Positions 24,358 through 38,869 of a DNA stretch of 64,000 nt are shown here, one piece after another. The notes under the pieces were generated by a model. The model did no database searches, was not told the origin of the DNA, and worked only from the letters and a program-made list of their open reading frames with translations. Source of the DNA: Octopus sinensis (Eukaryota); assembly GCF_006345805.1 (NCBI RefSeq), contig NC_043001.1:114514001-114578000 (forward strand), read 5' to 3'. The position numbers and the translations under genes are program-made. Position 1 is the first letter of the stretch. Each line of letters starts with the position of its first letter.

Positions 24358-24600
24358 AGAGAGCCTGTTGAAAAGCTCATAGGTTCTCAGGACAATGCTA
24401 AGTCCACAAGTCCTTGGTTTCAATGGCTCTGTACGTGACTATGTGGCTTTGTAGAGTTCGATCAGCGTTCCACTGGGAACTCTTATCGTTGTGATAATAA
24501 CGTCATAAGTGCCTGTTTATGACATTTTTACGAACAGGATGATAACTTCTTTATCAAGGGAATCAAAGCATTGCAACACCCATTGAAGAAGTGTGTGTCA
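24358..24600 (+). mobile_element. Possible mariner-derived non-autonomous fragment
   Basis: GTTGAAAAGCTCATAGG resembles the terminus at 52320. GGAATCAAAGCATTGCAACAC...AAGTGTGT resembles a mariner C-terminus (GIKALQH..KKCV). Confidence 0.4.
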
Positions 24601-24977
24601 CGCATCATTATATCCAATTAAAAAAAGAAAGAAAAATGAAAAGAAAATGGAGATAAGAAGTTTAACATTTATTATTAGCTAATTGGTCATCTTCGTTTCT
24701 TACAGCCGTTTCAATTAATTCTTTAATTACAAATTACATTTGCATGTATTTGGTATGAACATAATCAATCTGTAAAGCCTTCACCCGAGCATTTAATAAT
24801 GGAAATCATAAACCGTACTATTTAGTCTGCTGAAAGGAGTTGATAAGTTCACATATAACACATCCCAAGGTACATCATTTTTTTCTGTGATGTAATTATG
24901 CTCATGTGACATAAATGTGAATTTAACGTACAAATTTGTAATTAAATTATTGATGAGGTTCCAAGACGATGGAGATG

Positions 24978-25205
<228 letters not shown>

Positions 25206-25493
25206 AGATGGGTAGAGAGTAAGAGAGAGAGAGAGTAGGGGTATCTACCTTCCTTTTCACCATTTATTTATTTAATTACTTTTTCCTTTTACGATTGTAT
25301 TGATATGAGTTTAAGCATGGTGACATCTTGAAAAAATAAATAAAAATAAATAACAGGTGTGGTTTGGTCATCACAGAAAGTCTTTTTGCTTTCTTTCGAT
25401 CCCTCTCACTTTCCCTTTCCTTCTTTTCTTCTTCCCTTTTTCCTTCTTTTTCCTCCATTTCTTCTTTTTATCGTCTTTGAGTTATATTTAGAA

Positions 25494-25886
25494 CTAGCAG
25501 TATCGCCCGGCGTTGCTAGGGTTTGTAAGGGAAATAACTATATAAGCATTTTTAGAGAGTTATAGCCAAAAAATAGCAAAAAATGCATTAAAAATGGAAA
25601 ACAATTATGGTAATTTTTTTTAAATGGTTGACTCATCGTAGACATTTTTAGAGAGTTACTTCCCTTATATGATAGCGAAAAAAATGCATTAAAATGGAAA
25701 AAAATGATGGTAATTTTTTTTTTATTGTAGATTCATCGTAGACGCGCGCTAATAGCCAGAAGAGCTCGATATGAATCACGACTATAAGATACCCGGTTTT
25801 GGTTAAACTGCACCGCAAAATGTGGGATTAGTTAGGAATCTAAATCGTAGGAGACAGACACACAACTTCACTTTTATATATAAAGA
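25494..25886 (-). mobile_element. Non-autonomous Helitron (393 bp)
   Basis: Minus strand A|TCTTTATATATAAAAG...CCCTAGCAACGCCGGG (GC-rich subterminal hairpin)CGATACTGCTAG|T. TC start, CTAG end, A/T target, no TSD. Internal ~105-bp duplication. Confidence 0.85.
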
Positions 25887-26051
25887 TATATTCCTTCCAA
25901 TCATTCCTTTTTGGAATTTTTTGATAAAGTGTAGTTCTGCATGAAAATAGATTAGCATAATATTTGCAAATTAACAATTTGAAAATTCAATCAATAAGAA
26001 AAATAAAATGAATATATATGGGTGTGTACACACTTACATGCATACATGTAT

Positions 26052-26289
26052 ATAGCAGGCAAAAGACTACTATTTCCTTTTACTACAAAAATAAATCTCC
26101 ACAGACAACAATATTTGTAACTCACATATGGCAAAAAAAGAAGAGAAATAATGAAATCACACAGTCTTCGGTTAATTATGGACGTACGATTATGGATTAG
26201 AATCATAAGACTCATTTCCTTCATCGACATAATATTCCTATAAATTTAGAAATGCTAGTAAAAGGAAATAGTAGTCTTTTGGCTGCTAT
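26052..26289. repeat. 34-bp inverted repeat (33/34 identical) around a 170-bp spacer
   Basis: ATAGCAGGCAAAAGACTACTATTTCCTTTTACTA at 26052-26085 and its reverse complement at 26256-26289. Confidence 0.7.
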
Positions 26290-26612
26290 TTCTAAAATTT
26301 TCGGTATGTGGTTAAGCAACTTGTTGCAGAAAACCGTTATTATTATAATTATATAAATTTTTACCGAATATGGTCCTTTTCCTTACCGAAATACTACTAG
26401 GTGAAATTTGTTGATTTTATTAAATTAATTATATTTCACCCTATATCTGTAATGACTATATATATATATATATATATATATACGTAAAGCTAGAACATCC
26501 CAATGCTACACATAGATATGTCTGAACATTTGTAGAGATGAGCCACGTTTGGAATAAGGAATTCGAATTCTCCACTTTACCTTCAAACATTCCCTTGATG
26601 AAGTGTGTTGTG

Positions 26613-26643
<31 letters not shown>

Positions 26644-27065
26644 TGTGTGTGTGTGCGTGCGTGTGTGTTCATGTTTCTGTCTCTGTGTATGTGTGTGTGA
26701 GTGTGCTTGGGAATATGTACATGTTTATACTGTGAAACTTCGATCACGCTTCTGTCAATTTCATGATTCTGCGTTAGAGAGCATTAGTATAACACGTACA
26801 CAACGTACTATCTCTATCTATCAGGATATCTACCTACCTATATTTCTATCTATCCATCTTCATTATCTTGGAACCTCACCCAAAAAAGCGAAAACAATGT
26901 TCTCCTCTAAACAAAACCTACAAAAAATCGTCTGTTTTATATAAATGAACAAGCTGTTTATACATTCACAAAATTGTATTAAACAAGTTCTAGATAGGAA
27001 AGAAAGTGCTAATAATGATGAAGAAATAAAAGTTTTTCCCAAAATTCTGACGGCTTCTTCTCTCA

Positions 27066-27147
<82 letters not shown>

Positions 27148-27675
27148 CATACATATATATATATGTGTGTGTGTGTGTGCGTGCGTGCGTGCGTGTGTAT
27201 CTATTACGAGGTCTATTGGTTTATTTTAGTGTGTAGAAACCTATTAGAGTAGTTTTGAACTGCCAACTTTTGGCAAGCGAACGAAATGACAAATTCAAAA
27301 ATAAGAAAATATATATACAACAAACATACACACACATGTGTATATATATATGTGTCTGTGTGTGTGTGTGTGTGTGTGCGTTTGTGTGTGTGTGCGTGTG
27401 TGTATGTATATATATATACATTGCCCATTAATAACACACTCAATATACCTAATCAATATTTTCGCAAAATGACTAATTCCTGGTTCTAAAAAATGGGTGT
27501 ACACGTGCGCGCAAACACCCGCGATCACGCATGCTCTAATATAAACTCGTACATTTTTATGTGTATGTGGGCATATATTATATATATATCTTTATTTGTA
27601 CACACACTCACACAGCCAATTACACACTTATGTATATCGATTTATCTGTCTGTAAATAAATATATGTATATGTAT

Positions 27676-27706
<31 letters not shown>

Positions 27707-28785
27707 ACCTACCTGCTTACACACATTTATCTATGTATATATATAAAATATGTATATATATATATATGTATATTATATATATATATATATATTATATATA
27801 TTATATTAATATATAATAATATATATATATAATATATATATATATATTCACACACATACACACACACACATATATATGTATGTGTGCAAGTACGTATGCA
27901 TGCATGTGTAATTTCTATTCGCGCAAAAATATACAAATAGACATTTTTAAAAACCGGTATACTTCCACATTATGAGTTAAATACGACTGCGAAATGATCA
28001 CATCTATTAGGAAATTATTACTGAATTAAACAAGATGGGAAAAAAATCAAATGAAAAGCCTCATGAAAAGGACCGAAATTTTCTAATTTCAGACTAAGCA
28101 CCTTAAAATAGGCATCGAAGTATCTTGTTTTTGTCTTGTAAATTGACGAGAGGGAAAATTATTGATGTAATAATACTAACATAGGAAATGTTTGATTGAA
28201 TTTGTTTTTCCTATTCAAAGACACTTTGTCGATGTTTCCAACATTTTCTTTGGTTAATTATTTCTTTTACTTCATAAACATCGAGATGAAAGATAGTGCT
28301 TCTACTGTTTTTTATTCCATAATTAGCGTTGCAAAATATCAAAGATCAGTAATAAATCGCCTGATGTTCCTTTATACATAGATATACACGCGCACACACA
28401 CACAGGCACACTCGCACAATCACACGCACATATGCACACACGCACATGTGCACACCCATACGCACAATCACACACGCAAACCTTCCGACACGGACATAAT
28501 ATTGGCAAACACTGAGAAACACACACATACGAGCAAATACGTACAAAAAGAGACATAGAGTCGCGCTTACAGAATCATAGAAGATCACGTTAATGTATGT
28601 GTGTGTGTGAGTTTGTGTCAGTGTGTGTGTGTCTGTCTGTGCGTGTGTGTGTATGTGTTCGTGTGCGAGTGGGTGTATGATTGTACGCTCGCTCGTACTC
28701 ACATATATATATATATATATACATATATGTATATATATATATATATATATACATATGTATATATACATATATATATATATATTAT

Positions 28786-28848
<63 letters not shown>

Positions 28849-29625
28849 CATATATATAGGAACATCATATATATATATTTGAATACATAAATATATATTA
28901 TACATATATATATACATATTAGAATATATACACATGTATACATAAACGTGCACCTATTAGTAGAATCAAGTGTATAATAATTCCTATATGTCCTAATACA
29001 TACAGAGGAGTACTGTATATCTATCTGTGCATTTTAATAACATCAGCTTGTGTGTACGTATATATAAATAAATGAATAAATAAATAAATATATATATATA
29101 CACATATATATATATGTATTTATTTATACGCATATATGTAAACACATACATGCATACATATAAATGTATATAGGTATGTACTTTGTGGTTAGGTCTGTAT
29201 ACACGTAGATCATTGTATATGAGTGGTGGGGTGTTGAAGATGCGTATATGCATGTATTTGGTATTGTATTGATATGTTTATCATAATGATACGCATATGA
29301 AACTGTTGAATGCCTCTAATGTCTCCTGTTGTTCCTAATACATTATTCACTAATGGTGATAAAATGGAATAAATTCAAAATGTAGTTTCCTGAATATCGC
29401 CGTTCGTAATACATATGGAGTCATAAATATATCACACTTGAGAGACTGTCAACAATATCGCTGCTTATGAATTGAGCATTGAATTGATAGGAAAATATAG
29501 CAATATAAGGCATTTTATGATAACACTTTTGGATACATGGAAATTTAAATAGTTAAATAAATGTATTAATTGAAGTATAAATGTATTTATCGAAAGAAGC
29601 ATTACTATAGAAATGAAAAGATATA

Positions 29626-30036
29626 TCTCTTTTTACTCTTTTACTCTTTTACTTGTTTCAGTCATTTGACTGCGGCCATGCTGGAGCACCGCCTTTAATC
29701 GTGCAACTCGACCCCGGGATTTATTCTTTTGGTATGCCCAGTACTTATTCTATCGGTCTCTTTTGCCGAACCGCTAAGTAACGGGGACATAAACACACCA
29801 GCATCGGTTGTCAAGCAATGCTAGGGGGACAAACACAGACACACACACACATACATATAGATATACATATATACGACAGGCTTCTTTCAGTTTCCGTCTA
29901 CCAAATCCACTCACAAGGCATTGGTCGGCCTGGGACTATAGTAGAAGACACTTGCCTAAGATGCCACGCAGTGGGACTGAACCCGGAACCATGTGGTTGG
30001 TTAGCAAGCTACTTACCACACATCCACTCCCGCGCC
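29626..30036 (-). mobile_element. SINE family B, full length
   Basis: GGCGCGGGAGTGGATGTGTGGTAAG head to (GAGTAAAA)n tail. Confidence 0.92.
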
Positions 30037-31600
30037 TATATATATATTGCTAAAACGTATTCATATGTATACTGTAGCTGTTGTAGTGATACGTTATTAT
30101 CAACTCCTTATTAATAAACTAGCTATATATGTTACAACTCTGCTGCCTACGACCATCTCATATTTTCTATGTTAGCCTCATCAGTATTATATAATAAGTT
30201 GTTCTTTTCCTTCAAGACAATAGAGTACGGTCTGATTTTACAGAAATGAAGCTTGCATTTTTTGCAGGACAAGTGGATGCCTTGTAAATGTGTCATACTA
30301 CTCTTTTGTATATGCTAAAAATTTCTTGGCCCACTCTATGGTTATTACTTCTGAGGTAGAAGCTCTTGTTTACAGCTGTCTTCATGTCTGCACACAACCA
30401 TATTCTCTGTACCTTAATGGAATGTTAACTGTAGAAAATATTCTATTCCTGAGATTATCTCTCATTCTCATTGGAACTGCTACTCGTTGCCACAGAATAA
30501 ATGTTCTAATTCTTCTTTCAATGATGAATCAACTGTGCGGTTTACGCTCTAAACAAATCTTAAATATGGAATGGAATTTGAGACATATTTGGACGTGTAA
30601 TACAATGGTTTCTTTTAACATAAGCGCAAGGCCCGAAATTTCGGAATAGAAGAGTAGCAGTTTATATAGATTCCAGTATTTGATTGATACTTTATTTTAA
30701 CCACACTGAAATGATGACAGGAAACTATCTTCCTCGACAGGATATATAAAACCTGATTTCTTTTCTGGTCTGCTAATTTAAATTTTTTAGCAAATAGCTC
30801 CGAGCAAGTTTTTATATACGTATATATTATTTTACAACAAAAAAAAACAAAAAAACTAGGCATAACAGCATTTTATTCATGTTGTAATACATTATAGTAA
30901 ATTCCATTCTACTTTAGATATTTTAAATATTTAAATTCAATCCTGAACGTTATTATAATCTGTCTAATGTATATTTTTCACTTATCCAAGCCGCGTTGGG
31001 ATTCTTATATCGTGGACGCAAATATTCGCTAATATAATTTCGTAATGTTTCCTTTAATGTTTATTTCTATGTGGAATTGTAATGATTGTGTTGTTTTTTG
31101 CTTTTTCTATTTATTTGGAGGTTTTTTTCTCCTTTTTTATTGTCATTAATCTATTTACATCGGTAAAAATATTAAACATTTATTTTAACTATTTCAACAT
31201 TATAGTTATATCGTACACGAAATTGCACTAAATTGTAGCAATATGTGGTATAAAATCATTGTTTAACATTATCTTCTTTTACTACTTTCAGTAATTGCAC
31301 TGCTTTCATGCAAGGCATTGCATACGGGTGGTGGTGGTGGCTAAGTAAGTTGTATTGTTGAAAGAAATTATTAGTTTGTTCCTGAATAGAAGTTGTAGCG
31401 GCAAAATTATGTTGTCTTCGACATTTTTCTAACAGTCGATTTGATTAGAATAAGGCCGCGTATAATCTGCGCATTTGCTCCCTGCAAAGAAACTCTACAC
31501 GAAGCTACTTCTGCTACTGTTTTTTAAAACTTTCACTGTTATATAACATGTTAAGTCTCAAAATAATCTTTATATATATGTTAGTCCTTATTAGTCCATA

Positions 31601-31783
31601 GGCGCAGGAGTGGCTGTGTGGTAAGTAGCTTGCTTACCAATCACATGGTTCCGGGTTCAGTCCCACTGCGTGGCACCTTGGGCAAGTATCTTCTACTATA
31701 GCCTCGGGCCGACCAATGCCTTGTGAGTGGATTTGGTAGACGGAAACTGAAAGAAGCCTGTCGTATATATGTATATATATATG
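31601..31783 (+). mobile_element. SINE family B, 5' half ending in its microsatellite
   Basis: GGCGCAGGAGTGGCTGTGTGGTAAG...GAAGCCTGTCGTATAT, then (TAG)n at 31785-31872. Confidence 0.9.
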
Positions 31784-31790
31784 CGTAGTG

Positions 31791-31866
<76 letters not shown>

Positions 31867-32153
31867 TAGTATCTAAAATTTACTTCTTCATGTGTGATAT
31901 GTGTTTGTTTTTTTGTATTTATACTCTCATCTAATATCTGATGTTGATTTTGTTAATGTTGTTATCATTGATGTCGCTCGCAGTGAGTGGTATTGGTGTT
32001 TATTCTCGCCATTTTTCGTTATTTTTCTTATTGACTTTCATATAAAAGCGTAAACACAACATTAAACACATTTAAAGCCGCAATGATGCCTCTCTTTAAC
32101 GCGAGGTAATATTGTAGGAAGAAAAAAATCCTGTGACAATATCAACAACTAAT

Positions 32154-32537
32154 GGAAGCACTCCATCGGTTACGACGACGAGGGTTCCGGTTGATCCGAC
32201 CAACGGAACAGCCTGCTCGTGAAATTAACGTGTAAGTGGCTGAGCACTCCACAGACACATGTACCCTTAACGCAGTTCTCGGGGATATTCAGCGAGACAC
32301 AGAGAGTGACAAGGCCGGCCCTTTGAAATACAGGTACAACAGAAACAGGAAGTAAGAGTGAGAGAAATTTGTGGTGAAAGAGTACAGCAGGGATCACCAC
32401 CATCCCCTGCCGGAGCTGCGTGGAGCTTTTAGGTGTTTTCGCTCATTAAACACTCACAACGCCCGGTCTGGGAATCGAAACCACGATCCTACGACCGCGA
32501 GTCCGCTGCCCTAACCACTGGGCCATTGCGCCTCCAC
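32154..32537 (-). mobile_element. SINE family C, full length
   Basis: Head GTGGAGGCGCAATGGCCCAGTGGTTAGGG. 12-bp TSD TATCAACAACTA at 32140-32151 and 32538-32549. Confidence 0.92.
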
Positions 32538-33244
32538 TATCAACAACTATAACTCCAACCACAACATCATCATGAACATCAACAGCAGCAGCAAGCAGCA
32601 TATTAACAGTAAGAAGGGAAATAATAATATTAATGACAGTAGCAGCAGCAGCAAAGTCAATATCAATGGCGGCAGCAACAACTAAAAACAATAAAAAACC
32701 CGGCATCATGAACATTTTCATCAACAACGACGAAAACCGCTACAACTTTGATAGTAACCGCGTTTTCGGGAACATTATCAGCATAAACACAATGTCTACA
32801 ACAACAAAACAAAATACTGATGATAACAACAATGGTAACAACGAAACAAAATACTGATGATAACAACAATGGCAACAATCACAACAACAACAACAATAAT
32901 ATCAACAATAGCAATCACAAATAATGATGGCCACAAAAACAAACGAAAGATTGGGGTATGTCATTAGCCTTTATCGTAACATAATTTCCTTTATCGCAAA
33001 TTCCTTGTCTCAATCTAAGTCGTCGTTCGTACTTGCAGAAAGAGCTTGTCAAACTTCCCTCGAATTACACTGTACAGATCTGAAAAAGGACAAGACATAT
33101 TAGATAATGTGGTCCTGAAAACAAGAAAGGATGATTAAGCTTAAAATACCTTTAGTCTTAAGTTATGTTTGATCAGAGCTAAACGAAAGAACTTGGACGC
33201 CGGCTGTAACAAAATTAAATAAATAAAACAAAACATGCTCATAC

Positions 33245-33419
33245 CCGCAGGCGTGGATGTGTGGTAAGAAGCCTGCTTGCCAAGCACAAGATTTCGAGTT
33301 TACTTCCATTCGGTAGCACCTTGGGCAAGTGATTTCTACTATAGCCTCGGGCTGACCAAAACCTTGTGTGTGGATTTGGTAAACAGAAACTGAAAGAAGC
33401 CCGTAGTATGTATGGATAT

Positions 33420-33459
<40 letters not shown>

Positions 33460-34044
33460 AGGCGGCGAGCTGGCAGAAACGTTAGCACGCCGGGCGAAAT
33501 GCTTAGCGGTATTTCGTCTGCGTTACGTTGTGAGTTCAAATTCCGCCGAGGTTGACTTTGCCTTTCATCCTTTCGGGGTCGATAAATTAAGTACCAATTA
33601 CTCACTGGGGTCGATGTAATCGACTTTATACCTATGTCTGTCCTTGTTTGTCCCCTCTGTGTTTAGCCCCTTGTGGGTAATAAAGAAATAGGTATTTCGT
33701 CTGCCGTAATGTTCTGAGTTCAAATTCCGCCGAGGTCGACTTCGCCTTTCATCCTTTCGGGGTCGATAAATTCAGTACCAGTTACGCACTGGGGTTGATA
33801 TAATCAACTTAATCCCTTTGTCTGTCCTTGTTTGTTCTCTCTGTGTTTAACCCGTTGTGGGTAGTAAAGAAATAGGTATTTCGTCCGTCGTTACGTTCTG
33901 AGTTCAAATTCCGCCGAGGTTGACTTTGCCGTTCATCCTTTCGGGGTCGATAAATAAAAGTACCAGTTTCGTACTGGGGTCGATGTAATCGACTTAATCC
34001 CTTTGTCTGTCCTTGTTCGTCCTCTCTATGTTTAGCCCCTTGAA

Positions 34045-34076
<32 letters not shown>

Positions 34077-34322
34077 GTGTGTGAGTGTGTGTGTTTACCT
34101 ATGTGTGTGTCTTCGTGTGTTTTTGCCCCAACCACTGCTCGACAATAGGTGTTGGTGTGTTTACGTTTACGTCCATGTAACTTAGCGATTCGTCAATGTG
34201 AACGACAGAATAAGTATCAGGCTTAAAATGAATCCTGGGGTCGATTCGTTCGACTAAAAACCCTTCAAAGCGATGCCCCAGCATGGTCGCAGTCAAATGT
34301 CTGAGACAAGTAAAGGATAAAT
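33245..34322 (+). mobile_element. Older SINE B split by a SINE A trimer inserted in its central microsatellite
   Basis: B 5' half at 33245-33410 and B 3' half at about 34095-34322. Confidence 0.75.
33460..34042 (+). mobile_element. SINE family A head-to-tail trimer
   Basis: Full head at 33460. Units 2 and 3 restart at GGTATTTCGTC at 33691 and 33875, giving a 183-184-nt period. Confidence 0.9.
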
Positions 34323-34532
34323 GAAAGTAGATTTTCTATGGGAATTACATCATCTTGTATCGAAAATGATACATCCATATGTAAGCTTCGCATGCTAGAA
34401 ATAGCGGCCAAATATCCCTCAAATCGCAATTAATCGCTTTAAGAGATGAGACAAATGAGACAGCCATGGATAACAGACTTTTGATAAGAAGTTCTCAATA
34501 ATGGCTAACATAGAGCTGAACAGTGAGTAGGA

Positions 34533-34916
34533 GGAAGCACTCCGTCGGTTACGATGATGAGGGTTCCGGTTGATCCGATCAACGGAACAGCCTGCTCGTG
34601 AAATTAACGTGCAAATGGCTGAGCACTCCACAGACACGTGTACCCTTAACGTAGTTTTCGGGGATATTCAGCGTGACACAGAGAGTGACAAGGCCGGCCC
34701 TTTGAAATACAGGTACAACAGAAACAGGAAGTAAGAGTGAGAGAAAGTTGTGGTGAAAGAGTACAGCAGGGATCACCACCATCCCCTGCCGGAGCCTCGT
34801 GGAGCTATAGGTGTTTTTCGCTCAATAAACACTCACAATGCCCAGTCTGGGAATCAAAACTGCGATCCTATGACCGCGAGTCCGCTGCCCTAACCACTGG
34901 GCCATTGCGCCTCCAC
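34533..34916 (-). mobile_element. SINE family C, full length
   Basis: As the copy at 32154. Probable TSD TGAACAGT(G/A)AG. Confidence 0.92.
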
Positions 34917-35124
34917 TGAACAGTAAGCCAAACAAAATTAACATAGCATCATCATCATCGTCATTATCAACTACTGCAGCAGAATTTTCATCTGCCTTTT
35001 CCTGCACTTCTTCCTCCACCTCCTCCTCGTCATTACCAATATCGTGAGGAACAGCAACAGCCTCAATAGCAGCAGCATCAGAGGCAGCATCAGTAGCGTC
35101 CTTTACCTATTCCTTCTCGTAACC

Positions 35125-35390
35125 ATCATCATCATCATCATCATCCTCATCAATATCATAATCTTTGTATTGCTCATATAACAAGATGAGCAACAAAATG
35201 AATCGTGGTTGATATGAAGGATCTGATCCTCGTGACTAGTACCATCACAATCACCATCATCATCATCATCATCATCATCATCGTCATCATCATCATCATC
35301 ATCATCATCACCACCATCATCATTTCTACAAACATCGTATTATTCATCATGATCAATGCTCATGTGCTGTTCACAACATCATAATCGTCG

Positions 35391-35452
<62 letters not shown>

Positions 35453-35500
35453 GTCGTGGTCGTCGTCATCATCATCATTATCGTTGTCGTCATCATCATT
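35125..35500 (+). repeat. (CAT)n-dominated low-complexity tract
   Basis: Direct inspection. Confidence 0.9.
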
Positions 35501-35760
35501 GTCGTCAGTCATTAATTTCATCATGAATATCATTACAGCCAGGACCACCATCATCTCAACAACAACAACAACAGTAACACCATCAACAACTTCAAAGGCA
35601 ACATCAACAAGATCAACAAGTTCAATGACCACCTCAAATATAATAACAGCAATAGCTATTACAGCGCCGCCAACATCAATACCCCCACCTCTAATGCCCC
35701 AATCAATGCCATCACCAAGAACAAAAAGCAAAACACAAATACGCAAACATCAGTACATAC

Positions 35761-36167
35761 TCTCTTTTTACTCTTTTACTTGTTTCAGTCATTTGACTGC
35801 GGCCATGCTGGAGCACCGCCTTTAGACGAGCAACTCGACCCCGGGACTTATTCTTTGTAAGCCCAGTACTTATTCTATCAGTCACTTGTGCCGAACCGCT
35901 AAGTGACGGGGACGTAAACACACCAGCATCGGTTGTCAAGCAATGCTAGGGGACAAACACAGACACACAAACACATATACACACACATATATATATACAT
36001 ATATACGACAGGCTTCTTTCAGTTTCCGTCTACCAAATACACTCACAAAGCATTGGTCGGCCCGGGGCTATAGCAGAAGACACTTGCCCAAGATGCCACA
36101 CAGTGGGACTGAACCCGGAACCATGTGGTTGGTTAGCAAGCTACTTACCACACAGCCACTCCTGCGC
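35761..36167 (-). mobile_element. SINE family B, full length
   Basis: Same consensus as the other B copies. Confidence 0.92.
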
Positions 36168-36339
36168 ATATTCATACTTCCACCACAAACAGCAGTAAAA
36201 CTAACGCAGCCAAGTAATAAAACTTCAAGGATATCCGCCTACACTTACAAAAGACACCTCCTAAACAAATACAACACTACCACCAGAAACACCAACAACA
36301 ACACCTACACCAACAAATTGAGGACCAATAACAATTACT

Positions 36340-36682
36340 ATATTCTTTTCTAATCTTGGCACAAAGCCCGAAATTTGAAGTGAGGGGGCCAGTCGATAAG
36401 ATCGATCCCAGCACCCGAAAGAATGAAAGGCAAAGTCGTCCTCGGCGGAATTTGAACTCAGAACGTAAAGACAGACGAAATACCTATTTTTTACTAACCA
36501 CAAGGGGCTAAACACACAGAGAACAAACAAGGATAGACAAACGGATTAAGTCGATTATATCGACCCCAGTGCGTAGCTGGTACTTATTTAATCGACCCCG
36601 AAATAATGAAAGGCAAAGTCGACCTCGGCGTAATTTGAACTCAGAACGTAAATACAGACGAAATACCGCTAAGCATTTCGCC
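36340..36682 (-). mobile_element. SINE family A dimer; unit 2 carries the alternative (A2) tail
   Basis: Unit 2 restarts at GGTATTTCGTC (36484) after AAAAAATA and ends in CGACTGGCCCCCTCACTTCAAATTTCGGGCTTTGTGCC. Confidence 0.8.
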
Positions 36683-37299
36683 TTATCGCTCCCGATGATA
36701 TTATCACACGACAAATTATAAATCACGACATCATCAACACAACCCACACCATCGACACCAACACCACCACCACCACCACCACCACAAGGGAATAAAAATA
36801 GCAACGGCACAAACTACTACAGGAATAGCACCAACAACAAACTCATTAAAATCAGCCCCATTGCAAGAACATCTTCTCCAGCATTATCCCCAATAATAAC
36901 AATATAATCAACAACATTAACTACAATTCAATTACTCTAACGTAAATGTGATACATATTGCAGCTCAAACAACAGCAGTGGGTCTCAATTGACCCGTATT
37001 TATTGAAGCCCAAATGAAACGAATTTATAATTTTGTTTATATTCAGTCAACAAATTGGAGGCCAGCCCAACCTAGCCGGAACACGAAGACACACAATTAC
37101 GAATGCACACGGCACGCATACACACACTAATGTAGACAGATACGTATGCACACTAGATCTCATGCAAAGCCTATTCACACACACTCATATCTCTTCCTTA
37201 GTGTTCCCCTACAGTGTACAATGTATACATACAAATACACATATATACACACACACTCACACATACATACATGCATAAATACCTACATGTATATATATG

Positions 37300-37356
<57 letters not shown>

Positions 37357-37468
37357 CACGCAAATATCAAATGGATGTCTTATAAGACTATTATGCACAT
37401 ACAATAACATGTATATCTATCTATCTATGTATATATATATATATATGTATGTATATATATATACATAC

Positions 37469-37512
<44 letters not shown>

Positions 37513-37529
37513 GCTCCGGTGAAAGTCAG

Positions 37530-38869
37530 TAGCCAAAGAAGCATATTTCAACTCAAGCCAGCAGAAACTCCTTGTTTTTAGTCCCAGTACTTTTGAATTC
37601 TACAATTCTACTATTCTACTCCTTTACTACCATCGGAGGATAAATTTATACAAATCTATATACAACCTGGAGAAAGAAATATAAACCAAAACTAAACCCA
37701 AGACTAGTTCTAAAACTAGTCCCGTGAGTACAATTCTGTTTTCTTGATCTGTATTAAACACACCGCTCATCCTGATTTGTACTAAATACACTGAACTCTC
37801 CCACACACACTCAGACACGCATTTCCGAAAATATCGACACAAACTTTTCAACGGTGTATTCACTATTATACATCAAGCCATCAATAACTAACGTACAGTG
37901 TATAATACTGTCCCACTGAATATGGCCAATAATATTCAAAAACGCCACTGGGTTGAAAATGAAATCACTGCACTGATAAACACTTGGTACACTCACCACA
38001 ACGAAGCTAATGTTTACAGTAAAATAGCTGAAAAATTAGCAAAACAATCCTTTCACAGATCTGTAAAACAGATCGAAAATAAAATTAAAGAGATTGTAAG
38101 AACATCTCCTATTTTCCACACGCACATGGCAACACTAGTAGCCATCCTTGTCAATGAATGTAGTGCACCAAATGACCCAACTCCAACAGGTCAGTACAAC
38201 TCCGGAGACATACTAGTGATGGGTGATTTAACCTCCCTCATGTGAACTCCCCCACCAATACTCTGAAGTTAGGCAAATGCTCTACATCAGATAGAATAGC
38301 AGCAGAACTGCTCTTTAATCTGATGGATGAATACTTCCTGACTCAGCTAGTGCTCGAATTGAAGGCATGGCTGCTCTCGATTATTGGGATCGCCTTAAAG
38401 CCTTGAAACTTTACTCCCTCCAGCGTCGCCGTGAGCGGTACATCATTTGTACGATGTGGAGTATATAAACCGCCAACTTTACCCAAACGACCTGAACATT
38501 AGCTTCAAGGTTCATCCAAGACTGGGACCACGACCATACGTCCCCTGCCCAATTCAAGATCACAGCATACATGTACACTGCAACATAATTCTTTCCTCAA
38601 CAGGCCCAGCCCTATTTAACATTGTCCCGAAAGAGACCAAAGAGGAAAAGGATCCCATCAACTTTAAACGGAGTCTGGATAGATTCTTTCAAGGAATACC
38701 AAATAAGCCACCCATAATTGGATACAACTCACCCAAAAAAACTCACTACTTGAATGGACCATAAACAAAACTTGACCTAAACAGGATTCAAATAATCCTA
38801 TCAGGTGGTGCTATTGAGTTAGACATGGCCTGGACCAATCTTTGGTCGAAACATATCTAAGTTTATCTA

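Noticed and set aside
30225-30863. 119-aa and 82-aa ORFs; CKKCKLHFC on the minus strand (piggyBac Cys-rich-like); possible LINE C-terminus
   Set aside because: Only isolated short resemblances in conflicting frames and strands, with no consistent domain.
31601-34916. Segmental duplication (SINE B half plus SINE C occurring twice)
   Set aside because: The two C copies have different TSDs and unrelated flanks, so they are independent insertions.
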